NCBI GenBank assembly: GCA_004431415.1
Contig: QPMI01000453.1
Location: 248,001-312,000 of the forward strand
Length of the DNA stretch: 64,000 nt
From: Cyanophora paradoxa CCMP329
Lineage: Eukaryota; Plantae; Glaucophyta
Reading direction: 5' to 3'
The translations under genes were made by a program, and so were the position numbers. The number at the start of each line of letters is the position of its first letter. The first letter of the stretch is position 1. The notes under the pieces are model-generated. The model worked only from the letters and a program-made list of their open reading frames with translations, was not told the origin of the DNA and ran no database searches. Shown piece after piece: positions 12,681 through 25,000 of the stretch.

Positions 12681-13543
12681 TCAGATCCTCGGCTCAATGT
12701 GTTCACTGCCGCGACCCAACCGGCGCGGCACGCGTACGCGCGCGGGCCGCTGCACTGGCCAAAGTCATCATCGTTCTAGGCCATAATTATATAAACCATC
12801 TTAAAGAGCGATTCCGACGGTCGCTGCATGCAACGGCTGCCGCGCGAATCCAGCGACCGCGCGCGGGCCGGGGCGGCCTGCTGGGTGCTGGCGGGCGTGT
12901 GGCCGGACTGGCCGGTCGTCTCTATGCGCTCCTGATGGCCACGGATGTGCTTGAGGCTTGAGGCTAGATGACTAGCCAGCCGCAAGCTGTATTTTTTGAT
13001 TCATTTCTTGAACTCCATTCATTCTAAAAATCGAACTGATGCTCCCACCGAGTCCACGCGTACGGTGGGCCGTTGCCACCCGTTGGTGGCGACTCCGCGC
13101 GGCCGGCGCCGCGCGCGAGTGCGGGCCCCACTGCTGGGCGGCGCGCGCCGAGCGCTAGGCGCCGCCGCCGCTGGCCATGGGCCGAGCTCGAGGTCCGAGG
13201 TACCCGGTTCGATCGCGAGCGCGCGCGCCTGCCGCAGTTCACTGGGCGACTCGGCGACTCGCCGAGCATCGCGCGGCGCCCGCAAGTTTATTGTGATCAT
13301 GATGTTTTCCTAGGGCTTGAGGGGCCTAGGCCTTGGGTTTGCAATTGGGGGCTCAGCCCTGAAGCTTGCGATCGGCCCCGGCAGATCTAAAGCGCGTTGG
13401 CTTCTTTCTACCATGAATATTAATATTGTTCGATCGTCGCTGCAGAGCTCTCTAGAGCGTCGACGCGCCGCTGCGCCGATCTGTAGAGCTCTGAGATGCC
13501 AACGCATGCGTGAATTATTCCGGTTCGTTCTGGTTCACGATCG

Positions 13544-13680
13544 CTGCAAATTAAAATCACTGCCCGGCCCACGAGCTCTGCAAAATCACTGCCCGGGCCC
13601 GGCCCACGAGCTCTGCAAAATCACTGCCCGGGCCCGGCCCACGAGCTTTGCAAAATCACTGCCCGGCCCACGAGCTCATG
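13544..13680. repeat. Tandem minisatellite (four ~29-35 bp units) related to the SHPRH-like stop-codon context
   Basis: Unit tgcaaaatcactgccc(gggccc)ggcccacgagct(c/t); resembles gcgaaatcactgcccggcc at 13924-13942, which spans the gene's stop codon. Confidence 0.85.
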
Positions 13681-13929
13681 CCAATGCATGCGTGAATTAT
13701 ATATATCCCGTTTCTGGTTCACGAGTGCTGCAAAATCGCTGCCCCGCCCGCGCCCAGCCGCGGGCGGGGCGGCGTCTTCGGGGGCGGGGTCGGCGCCGGA
13801 CCCCCCCGAGGGCCCGGGATTGGCCCCCGGCCCCTGCGGGGCGGAGGCGGCGAAGGAGGAGGAGGACGAGGAGGAGCCCGAGGCGAGGCGATGCGGTCCC
13901 TGGGCCACGGGCCAGGCGAGGCTGCGAAA

Positions 13930-16900
13930 TCACTGCCCGGCCGTGCACGTTGGCGGGGCGTCGTCGGGGGCGGGGGCTGGGTCGGCCGCGGCCGCGGCCC
14001 CCGGCCCCTGCAGGGCCGAGGAGGAGGCGAGGCGGGCCTGGCGGGCCTCGCGGAGGCGACGGTTGGCCTCGAGGTACGCCTCGTTCAGCAGCGGGCCCGC
14101 CATCTCCTCCGCCCGCCCGCTCAGCCCCACCTCCCGAAGCTTCGAATTCCCCGCCTCCTCCTCGTGATCGGCCGTTCCCGAGGGGCCGGCCTGGGGCTCG
14201 GCCTCGGGCTCGGGCGGCAAAGCCGGGGCCGGGGCCGGGGCGGGTGCGGCGCGGTGCGCTCGGACGGCCGCGATCGCCTCGCGCGCAGCCTCCCGCGCCG
14301 CCCGCAGGTCCTCCCCAAGCTCCGTCTGCGTACCCCCCTCAGCTAAAGGGGCCGGGAGGGGGGGGAGAGGGGTACCTGGAAGAGCTCCATCATGTCGTCC
14401 GGTTCCACCTGCGAACGAAAGCGAACGAAGAAGAAGTCAGATGCGGGGTACTGGTGCGTACGAGTCGGCGGCGTGGCCGGGGCGGGCCTATCGTTCCTAC
14501 AGGATCTAGATCTTGAGCTTTGAGAACTTTCCTAGGGTTTAGGTCTAGATCTAGATTCAGATCTGGACTCGGCGGACCTGCTCGTCGGCGGCGCGGGTGA
14601 GCATCATGGGGTCGCCCCCGGCCTAGGATTTAGGTCTAGATTCAGATCTAGGCTGGGCGGCGTGGGATGCGCAGGGGCGTGCCTGCTCGTCGGCGGCCCT
14701 GCTAAGATGCTAAGGTGCGGGCCCAAGCTCAATGTATTGTTCCTATAGGCGCGTGTGAGCATATTGTACCTGCTCGTCGGCGGCGCGGGTGAGCATGGCG
14801 TCGCCCCCGGCCTCGCCGTCGGCGCCGGGCCCGACGAGGGCGCGCCGGCGCTGCTGCATGGCCAGCACCCGCTCCTCCACCGTCTCCCGCACGATCAGGT
14901 GCGTCACGAACGTCTCCCTCGTCTGCCCGATACGGTGTACCCTGCCCACGGTGCTCAGGTGAGCACAGGATCGGCCTCGGGAGAGACCAGTCTCAGCTTC
15001 TCGGACCGGTTGATGGCCTGGTCCTCTATGGCGGGGTTCAGCGTCGGCTCCATGAGGTAGACGCGCGTCGCCGAGACGAGGGTCAGGCCCTGCGCCCCCT
15101 GCGACATCGAGAGCAGGAACACCTGGAGGGGAGAAGAGTAAGAAGAAGAGGGAGGAGGATGGGGGGGGGGGAGGGAGAGGGAGGCAGGCTGCCTTGACGG
15201 CGGGGTCCGTATGGAACGCGCGGAGGGCGCGGGGAGATAAGAGTTTGGGCCACTGGGGGAGTGGCGGACTCCGGTCCTGGGCGGAGTGGGGGTGGCGGCC
15301 TTATATAGATCTTAGGACCTCCTTGGGTGCTGGCGGGGGTGTGGCTTAGGTGCTGGCGCACGGTCTCAACTCTACCGCCACATCTAAGCCATCTTAGGCT
15401 ATCTATCTATCTCTCGCTCTCACCTTGACGGTGGAGTCGGTGTGGAAGGCGCGGAGGGCGCGGGCGGCGCGCTTCTGCCCGCCCTCCAGCGCCACGTGCC
15501 CGATCCCGTTCACCGTCAGCGCCGTGCTCACGATCCTGCGCGAGCGCGGCGTCAGCAGGAGCGCCGAACGTAGATGAGCGCTGAGCGGAGGGCGAAGCTA
15601 GAGCACGGCATGCAGAGCCGGCGGACGCTCATTCGTCCATGAAGTCAAGCTAGAGCTTAAGAAGCTAAGAGCTAAGAGCTAAGAGCGGAGCGGGGGGGCG
15701 CGCGCGTGGGGCGGGCCGGGGTGGGCGAGGCGGGCCATTGGAAGCTTAAAAGCCCCAGAAGGGAAAGCCATAAAATTCTTAAAAGCTTAGAGCCGGGGCG
15801 GGGGCGGGGCGGGGCGGGGCGGACTTGAGGAGGGGCCGCCACTGGGAGAAGACGAGGCTCTTGGTGCCCGGCTCGCGGGCCGCCACCCACAGCAGGTGCC
15901 GCACCAGCGCCGAGACCTGCGGAGGAGGAAAAGAAGAAGAGGTTAGAACAAGAAGTCAACTTCTTGTTATTAGAAGCTAGAAGTTAACTTCTTCGTTATC
16001 CTCTAACTTCATATTCTTAGAAGTTAGAGGATAAGGAAGGGAGAGGTGGAGGAGGCGGAGGAGGGGAAGGGCCTTGGTGCCGAAGCTGCCTTCAAGGTCT
16101 CAATTAAAAGTCGGACTTAAAGTCTTAATTAAGGTCGGTCTTAAAGTCTTAACTAAAGGTCGATCTTGAAGTCTTAATTAAAGGTCGGTGGGGAGGGCGG
16201 GCGCGCCTTGGTGCCGAAGCTGCCCTTGACGGTGATCTTGTCCATGCCCTCCGGCATCCCGTCCGCCCCCTCACTGGTGATGACCCCGCTCGGGTGAGTA
16301 TGAGCAGGGGAAGAAGAGGCTCAGGCGAGGCGGCGGGGGCGCACAGCTTAAGTTTCAAGCTTAAGCTATTTGAGCTTTTGATACTGCTAGGCGGGGGGCG
16401 GCGGAGGCGGGCGGCGGGGGCGCACGAGGCGGGGGCGTTGAAGCCGCCGGAGGTGAGGGGCACGCGGTACATCCCCTCCTGGGGAAGAAAGGGGGGAATC
16501 AGATCCCTCGCGGACATCACGCACGCCGAGCAGAATCAGGAATCAGATCAGGTCCCTCGCGGGCATGGCGTGGCGGGCGCGGCGGGGGCGCTGGCTAGCC
16601 AGGCGGCGGCGCCCGCCCCCCCCGGGCCCGTGGGGCGCCCGTACCTTGGTGACGCGGTCGCGGCAGATGGCGCAGGCGGAGCGGTGCCGCACCAGCGCCC
16701 CCGCGCACGCCATGCAGTAGATGTGCCCGCACTGCAACGCGGCCCCGTGAGAACGCGGGGGAGGAGAGGGCGCTGGGCTGCCTCAATGAGCAATCTAGAT
16801 CTAGAGCGCCCAAACTAGTTATATAACGAGATCGCCCGCCCGCGCTTCAGAGAGAGCGAGGGAAGAGGGCCACAGCTAGTCTGGCTTATAGCGCTTGAGC

Positions 16901-19900
16901 CGCAGAGCGCTTCAGCTCGCCTTGGTCATGACGGCCTCGTCGATGGCCTCGTGGCAGACCGGGCACTCCGAGGCCTGCCGAGGAGCCCCGTCAGACCAGG
17001 AAGCCCTAGAGTCCTCTAAGCTCTGGCTAGGCCATAGACAGCAGGGAGTGTCCGCGCGACTCTAGTTTCAGATCCCAGGCAGACGCGGGCAGCAACAGCG
17101 CGGGGAACAGGCCTGGCGAAATCGAAAGGACCCGCAGGGCTAGCGTCCAGCGAACAGCGGCGCGCGCATCGGAAAGACCGACTGACCTGCTCCCCGGAGC
17201 CGGCCTGGCGGGCCTTGGCCTCCTCGAGCTGCGCCTCGAGGAACTGCTGCCGGCGCCGCTTGCCCACCGCCTCCCGCTCGAGCCGCGCCACCTTGGGCGA
17301 GGGTGAGTGAGGGGCGGCCCGGAGGGGGCGGGCGGGCGGCCCGGGCCCAGGGCGTGAGAGCTCCTTGACAGCTTAACAGCTTCAAAGCTTCAAAGCTTAA
17401 AAGCGTTCTTAGGTTGCCCGGGCCGGGGCGAGGGTGCCTCGCATATAATATGAGGGGGCGGGCGGTCCGGGCCCGGGGCGGGGGGGCGCGGGCACCTCCG
17501 CCTCCAGCTGGGCCTCCTCCTCCCGCAGCGCGGCGGCCCCTGGAGGGAGAGGGAGGGTGGGGGTCAGAGAGAGCGGTAGATAGATAAATTAAGATTCGAT
17601 CCGGGGGCGGGCGGGCGCGCGGCCGCACGCTCGCGCTCGACGCGGGATACATAGATACATAGATAGATTAGATAGATAAGATTCGATTGAGAGTAAGGAG
17701 GACGGCGGATAGAAAGATAAATAGATGGATTAAGATTAAAGGCGGGCGGGGGGGCGCAGTTAGAAAGTTAGTTAGTTTAAGATTAAGTTAAGATTAAGTT
17801 AGTTAAGACGATTAAGATTAAGATTAAGATTAAGATTAAGGGCGCACGCTCGCGCTCGACGCGGGCATCCTCCTCGCGCGCGAAGGCCTCGGCCCGCTCC
17901 CGCCGCCCCGCCTCCGCCAGCGCCGCCGCCACCGCCTCCAGCGGCGAGGCGGAGGAGGAGGGGGGCGGGGGGTACGCGGCCTCGTCGGGGCCCCCCAGGG
18001 GCTCGGGCCAGGTCACCTCGTCCTCCTCGTACCCCTCCGCAGGTGGGGACGGCGCCGCCTCGGCCCCGGCCCCGGCGCCGGACTCGGCAGCAGCGCCGGC
18101 TCCGGCCTCGGCGCGCTGGAGGGCGAGTGCGGGCGCCTCCCGCGTGCCGGCGGCGCGCGCCTGCGCCGGATCCGAGGTGAGAAGCGCAACGAGACGGAAG
18201 GAGCGGCAGCGCGATGCACGGGCCTATCGCTCAAGTTATGCTCTCTTATCGCTGGCGGCCATGGCGGCGGCGACGGGCGCGTGGAACTTAAGACAGACTT
18301 TAGCTCAGGGTTTATTCATTGAGTTTATGTGGTCCATGGTTTTATCTCTAACGCTTAAGCTATGTTGCCTAAGCTCTGCTCTCGGACCTGGGCGGCCATG
18401 GCGGCGGCGACGGGCCCGTGGAACTCCTCGAAGCGCGGCCGCCGCGTCGCCGCCTCGAGCTCCCCCGTCGCCCGCTCCATGTCGTGCACCGCCTGCCGTC
18501 CAAACGCGAGATGTAGTTAGTTCCTGTTAGAGATCTCGGTCTAGCCAGAGACTCTTATAAGATCTGCTCTACATGTAATGAAAGGCGGACCTTTGCGACC
18601 TCGCGGGCGGCTCGCTCCTCGTCGCGGAGGAGCCGCACGAAGCGGAGCCGGCGCGCCACGCGCAGGTGCAGCGCCTCCAGCGGGTCCGAGCCGCCCCCGG
18701 CCCCGCCCGCCCCGCCCCGCACCGCCGCCGCCGCCGCCGCCGCCAGCGCCTGTGAAGAACAATGCGTGAGCGAGATCAAGATTAAGATAAGTCTGACGAT
18801 TAAGATGAAGCAATAAGGAGCCGAATGGACTAGGTCTCAAGCAAGATCTCTAGCCTCAATCTATTTTGAGCACCTGGCGGAGCTCGGCGAGCGGGGATGG
18901 ACCGGAGCCCTGCCCCCCCTCGAGGTCCCCCGCCAGCTCCTCCCCGGCCTCCTCCTGCGCCGCCTTCTCCGTCCTCTTCTGCAGCGGTAAAGTAAGGAGA
19001 GGGTGGCAGGGCAGGGCAGAGCACTAGGCGAGGGCAATGGACTATGTGGCAGGGCAGAGCACTAGGCGAGCCCGAAGAATCGAGCAGTGCGCAGCGCAGC
19101 GCGCAGCGGTAAAGTAAGGAGAGAGTGGCAGGGCAGAGCACAGCACTAGGCGAGCTCGATTCTTAAGGAGAGAGTGACAAGGCAGAGCACTAGGCAAGCC
19201 CGAAGAATCGAGCAGTGCAGTGTCCCCTTCTGACCATCCCGGGGGCGTAGCGCGGGCGCGCACGGACCTGCAGCTTCTTGGCGGCTTTCTGCAAGGACCG
19301 CAGCTCGCGCTCCAGGAGGGCGCCTACGCGGGACTCCGGGTGCTCCGGGAGGGCCTCGGCGCCCCGCGAGGCGGTCCCGCCTTTCTTCTTCTTTGTCTTC
19401 TGATCCTGTTGCGGCACGAGCATCGCCGCCCGCGCCGCCGCCGCCGACTCGGACGTCACCGCCGCCTTCTCCTTCGCCTTGGCCTTGGCCGTCGGCGCGG
19501 CGCCGGCCTCGGGCCCCGCCGCGCCGGCGCCGCCTTTCCTCCGCTTGTTGCCCTTGCGGGGCGTGCCCCAGTCCTTGCGCCGCCGCTTGCCTTTAACGCC
19601 GGCGCCGCCGGGGCCGCCGGCCGCCCCCGCCGCGCCTTCCACCTCCATTGCGTCCAGCGCGTCCTCTTCCTCAGAGCGACGCCCGCGCTCCTCCTCCTCC
19701 TCCTCCTCTTCTTCTTCCTCCTCTTCCTCCTGCTTTACCTCGGCCTTCGGCGGTGCTGCTGCCGCCGCAGCCGCTGCCGCCGCGGGCTCCGCCGGATCGG
19801 ACGGCTCGGCTGCCGCTGCAGGGGCCGGCGCCGGCGAGGCGGCGGGCGCGGCCGCGCCGTGTCTCCGCACCAGCTCTGCTATCAGAGCGTCCCTCCGCAT

Positions 19901-21997
19901 CGCCTGCGCGGGATCGAGGCCGCTCAGCTTCGATCGCGAAACGCGTAGAATCTATCTGTCTCAGGTGAGCGCACTGCCGAGAACCATGTGCAAGGGGGCG
20001 CCCCCGAGGCCGTCGAGGGGCGGGCGGGCCCGAGCGGCACTGTCTTCAGCGCTCCCGAGCGAAGCCGCACGGGCCGTGGGCCGCCGCTAGACAAAGGAGG
20101 AGCCCCCGCCTCGCGCTTCACGCGGCGCGCGGCCGCCCACTCGCGCTCCGGCTGCGATCTGAGGCCGGCCAGGGCCGCCCGCAGCGCCAGCGCCGCCTCC
20201 CGCCGGGCCGCGATCGCCCCGTCCGGCTCCGGGCGGTTCCGCCCCTGCACGACCTCCACGTACATGATCCCGATCCGGCGCTGCGGAAGCCAGGCTTAGC
20301 TTTGAAATTAAAGAAACTAGTTTAGCTTAGCTTAGATAAGCTTAGCTCAGCTAAGGAGGGCGGGGCGCGGAGCGTTGAAAGCTAAAACCCTTAAGCTTCT
20401 TAAGAGCATAGTATGTAGCGTAGTATATAGCGAAGCTTAGCTTAGTACGCAGCTTGGCTTAGATAAGCTGAGCCTAGCTATAAGCTTAGGTTAGCTTAGC
20501 TTAGCTTAGCTTGGCTTGGCTTAAACCCTTCAGCTTCCATTTGAGCATCAAGTTAGCTAAGCTCAGCTTAGTTTAGGAGGGCGGGGCGCGGAGCGCTGAA
20601 AGCCAAAGCCAAAGCCTAGCTCTAAACCTATAATTCGCAACCCGCGCGCACCCCGGGGGCGCGGAGGACGTCGCCGAGGGCCTCGGCGGCCCCCGCGAGG
20701 GCGAACGAGAGGCGCGCGGCCGGCGAGACGAGCTCGGGGGGCCACCGCGGGCCCTCCTCCTCATCCAGCGGGGCCGGGGCCGGGGCCGAAGAGGGCCCCG
20801 CCCCGCCCGGCTCAGGTGCAGACGAAGAGGAAGAGGCGGAGGCTTCGCCGGGCCCGTGGGCGGCGCGGAGGTCGAAGCCGGCGCGGCGCCCGACCTCCGC
20901 GAGGAGCCGGTCCCGCCGGTACCGCTGCCCCGCCGCCAGCGCCGCCTGTCGCCGCTCCACGAGGCCCTGGGGGTACGCCGGGGTCGGAAAGGGGGGGGGG
21001 GGGGGGGGGGGGGGGGGGAGGGCAGCACAGCCAAGCGCTTCTAGGCGCTAGGAAGCTAGGATCTTAAATCAATGCGGCTAAGCTGAGGTTCTTCGATGTT
21101 TTTAAGATGCAAAGACCCGAATGCGGATCTGCAGGTTCTAAGGCTTAGACCCTCTTGTTCTTAAGATGCGAAGGCCCACGATGCTGTTCGCAAGCCCCTC
21201 GAACGGACGGACCTGCAGGTTCTCGGGGCCCCGCGCCAGCTCGCCCCTGTACGGGTGCGCCTCCCGCCACCGCGGCGGCCGCCGCTCCCCGGGGGCCAGC
21301 CCCGTCGCCAGCGGCTTGAAGAGGGACGGGCCCGCCTGCGATCGCGAAACGGAAGCAGAGAAACGCAGAGTGAGCTACGGCGTAGAAAGCTGTGCAGTCA
21401 TATAATTAAGTTAGGTAGCTCACGGGTGCCCAGTGGCCGTGGTTGCCGCCGCGGGTCGAGGCGCCCCCGCCGGCCTCGAAGCGCGCGAGCTGCCGCTTGG
21501 CGTCGCGCAGCTCGATCACGGCCCGCACGTCCGCCCGCTGCTTCGTCAGCAGCGCCTGTGCGACGGAAAGAAGGGGAATAGATGAGTCGAGAAGTTAGAA
21601 GAAGATGTGAAGGTGGAAGTTTATATTGACGGTTTGGAAGTAGATTCGCTTGGGAAGGGGCGCGCGCACGATCTGGCGGGCGGAGCCGCCCTCTGTTCTA
21701 CGTTAATGTGATTCTACGTTATAGTTCTTGTTATAGCTCGTGCGCCCCTCCGCTCTATGTAATTCTATGTTATGGTTCTAGTGTGTATGGTTCTAGTGCG
21801 TTCTCCGCTCTATGTAATTCTATGTTATGTTATGTTATGTTATGGTTAGAAGCTTGCAGGGGCGGGCGCACGATGTGGCGGGCGGTGCGCCGGTCGAGCT
21901 CGGGGTCCCAGAAGACCCGCTGCGCCCCCTGCCCCTGCCCCCGGCCCTCAGCGGAGCCGAGGCCGAGCGCGCCGGGCGCAGCGGAGCGGAGCCCGGA

Positions 21998-22029
<32 letters not shown>

Positions 22030-25000
22030 GGAAGGGGCTAGTGGGGGTAGGTGCCGTAGGCAAGCTAGTATATTCAGCCACCTAGGGAGGTAGCGGAGAC
22101 TGTACCGCGGTTTTACTGAATATACGAGGCTTAAGCTAATCTTTATAACGCTTAAAGCCTTTAAGCTTAAGCTTTAGCTAATAAAGCTTAATGAAGCGTA
22201 CCTCCTCGAAGTCGCCCGGGGCGCCCCCCGCGCGCCACTTGGCCTCGGCGTCGCGGTGGGCGGCCCACACGCCCGCCTCCCACGCCCCGAAGAACTCCTC
22301 GGAGGAGGCGGCGGGGCCGCCGGCGTGGAGGCCGGCCCGCCGCCGCTTCTCCTCCGCCGCACGCCGCCGCTCCTCAGCCCGCGTCTGCGACCACCCGCCC
22401 GCAGCCAGCTCAGACAAGCGAGCTCAGGGACAGGTATTGCGCCAGAGCTCGTGTCAGAGCTTATAGAGGTCTTATATAGTTAGTAGTGCCAATATTTAGG
22501 CCTTATATATCGCAGGGCTCTCGTAGCGCCAACATTTAGGTCTTATATATCGCAGCGCGAGCTCTTTCTAAAGAGCCGGGCCAATGTAAGAGCGGACCTG
22601 CGCGGCGCGGAGCTTCTCGAGGAGGTCGTCGCGCTTCTCCTGCACGGCGGCCAGGCACCGCGCCGCCGCCTCCTCCCTGCGAACGACGGTGAGAAGCTTA
22701 AGAGCCGAACAGAGCCTCCGAACAGAGCCGAACAGAGCAGCGCGGTGTAGGCCGGGCGGATGGGCGGGGGGGCGGGGCGGTGCGGGCGGACCTGCCGCGG
22801 GCCTTGTAGAGCACGTGGAGGTTGTGCGCCGTGTTCAACTCCACCGAGCGCCACTGGCGGTCCGTGTCAGAGGGACGGCTAATAGAGGGGACGCATAAAT
22901 AGATATGGCAGAGAACAGCTGCAGAGGGAGATATAGACATAGATTTTAGAAGATAAAGCACATAGTAGACTGTTAGATAGATAGATAGATAGATAGATAT
23001 CGCAGGGCGGCGGCGCGGGTCAAGATAGAGCACACAGATAGATAGATAGATAGATATGCTTCGGTACACAGATCTAATTATTCCAGCTCTCCGATGCGTC
23101 GGGCGGACGGACCTGGCGCAGGGCGGCGGGGGCCGTCTCGATCATCCGCTCCTCCTCCGTCCCCTCCAGCACCTGCGCGCGGGGCGCGGCGTCGGCGTCG
23201 GCATCGAGCGCGGCGCAGAAGTGCGGGCGGGGCGCGGCGTCGAACTAGGCGGGACTAGCACTGCCAAAGGGAACCACGGAGCACCAGCCGCGCTCTCTAG
23301 AACGAGCCGGGGCGGGGCGGGGCGGGGCGGGGCGGGTCGGGGCGGGGCGGGTGGACCTTGGCGATGCCGCTGTTCTCGATCTCGTAGGCGCGCTCGTAGA
23401 TGGCGATCGCCGCGTCCTCCGCCGCCGGGTCCCCGGGGTGCCGCGCGAGCTGGGACGCGAGGGTGAGGGGCGGCCCGGAGGGAGCGGGCGGACCGGTGGA
23501 AAGGGCACGTCGCGCGAAGCTAGACAAGTACTAGAACTACTGCTAGTGGGCGCAGAGATCGATGGGTTCTTATCAAGCCCGATCCTAGGGCGCATCGCGC
23601 GGCGCTAAAACTCGTAGGCGGAGGGGCGCTAGATCAAGGCCCGTGGGCTGGGGGGCGGGCGGGCGGGCGGGCGGGTGGGCACCTTGATGGCGGCGCGGGC
23701 GTTGAGGGCCCGGCAGAGCTCGCGCTCCAGCGCCTGCAACTCCTGCGCGCGCGGCCCGGCCCGCGTGAGGCAGGGGCGAGCGCGATGGAGAGCGGTTCGG
23801 GGGAGTGGGGGCGGAGTCCGGCGTTCGGCGTTGAAGTTGTAATGCAACGGAGGCCTAGGACCGCAATGCAACGGGAGCCTTTTAAAAGCCCTAACTCGCT
23901 TATATGATCTTGATAGACTCTTCTTAACGGATCGCGGACCTGGCCGACGGCGTCCATGATGCGGCGCATGACCTCGTCCATGGAGACGAAGCCGCCCGTC
24001 TCCAGCTGCAGGTCCGTCTGCTGCTCCTTCTTCCACTGCCGCGTCAGCTGCGGGTGGCAGCACGCCTGCAGCGGAGGAGCGGGGCGGAGTAAGCGGAGCG
24101 GATCGGAGTCAGCGGAGTCAGCGGATCTAAACAGCGACGACGCGCCCCCTGATCTAAGGATCTAATGCTAGATCTACATCTAGATCAGTCAGGAGTCAGC
24201 GCATCGTCACTGCTTAAAGGGCGTTTTCGATTGCGCCGCGCACCTGCCGAAGGGACAGGAGCAGGGACGACGCCGACTCGATCTGGCCGCCGGGGCCCTC
24301 GCCCCCCGCCCCGCCGGCGCCCCCCCGCCCGCGCCGCCGCCACGCCGCCGCCGAGCCGGGGCCCAGCAGGGACATCGAGGGCCCCTGGGCGCCCGGCGGG
24401 GCGTACGCGGGCGCGGCGACGCCGTCCGCGTCGGGGCCCTCGGCGGCCGCCTCGCGGGCCATGGCGACCTGGACGGTCGAGGAGATTAGAGTGGAGGCCC
24501 TATGGGGAGTGGCGGCCACTGGGGACGGAGATAAGGGTCGAGGCTCTATGAGAGAGCGCGAGGCCCTATGACTCCTGGGCGGAGTGGCGGCCTCCTATCT
24601 TAGGACGTCTTCGAGCCCCGCTGAGCACTTAGGACGTCTTCGACGTCGGCGGAGTGGCTGTGGCCTTCTATCCTATAGCTAGGACCTGGGCGGAGTGGCG
24701 GCCTCCTATCTTAGGACGTCTTCGAGCCCCGCTAGGAGGTTAGGAGGTTAGGGTTGAGACCCTCTGAGGTTAGGGTTGAGGCCCTATGGGGAGTGGCGGT
24801 GGCCTTCTATCTTAGAACGCCCTCCTGGGCGGAGTGTCGCGGCGGCCTTCTATCTTAGGACGGCCTTCTATCGAGACGGCCTCGGAGGTTAGGGTGGAGG
24901 CCCTATGGAGTGGCGGTCACTGGGGACGCCTGGTCGAGGCCCTATGGGGAGTCGAGGCCCTAGGGTCGAGGCTCTATGAAAGAACGCGGGGCGGACTCCT

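Noticed and set aside
13544-13680. CRISPR-like array of ~30-bp repeats
   Set aside because: No unique spacers, no cas genes, eukaryotic context; it is a minisatellite.
20295-20610. (CTTAG)n / TTAGG-like tracts as interstitial telomere
   Set aside because: Degenerate, intronic and mixed with other units; same class as the other intron filler repeats.
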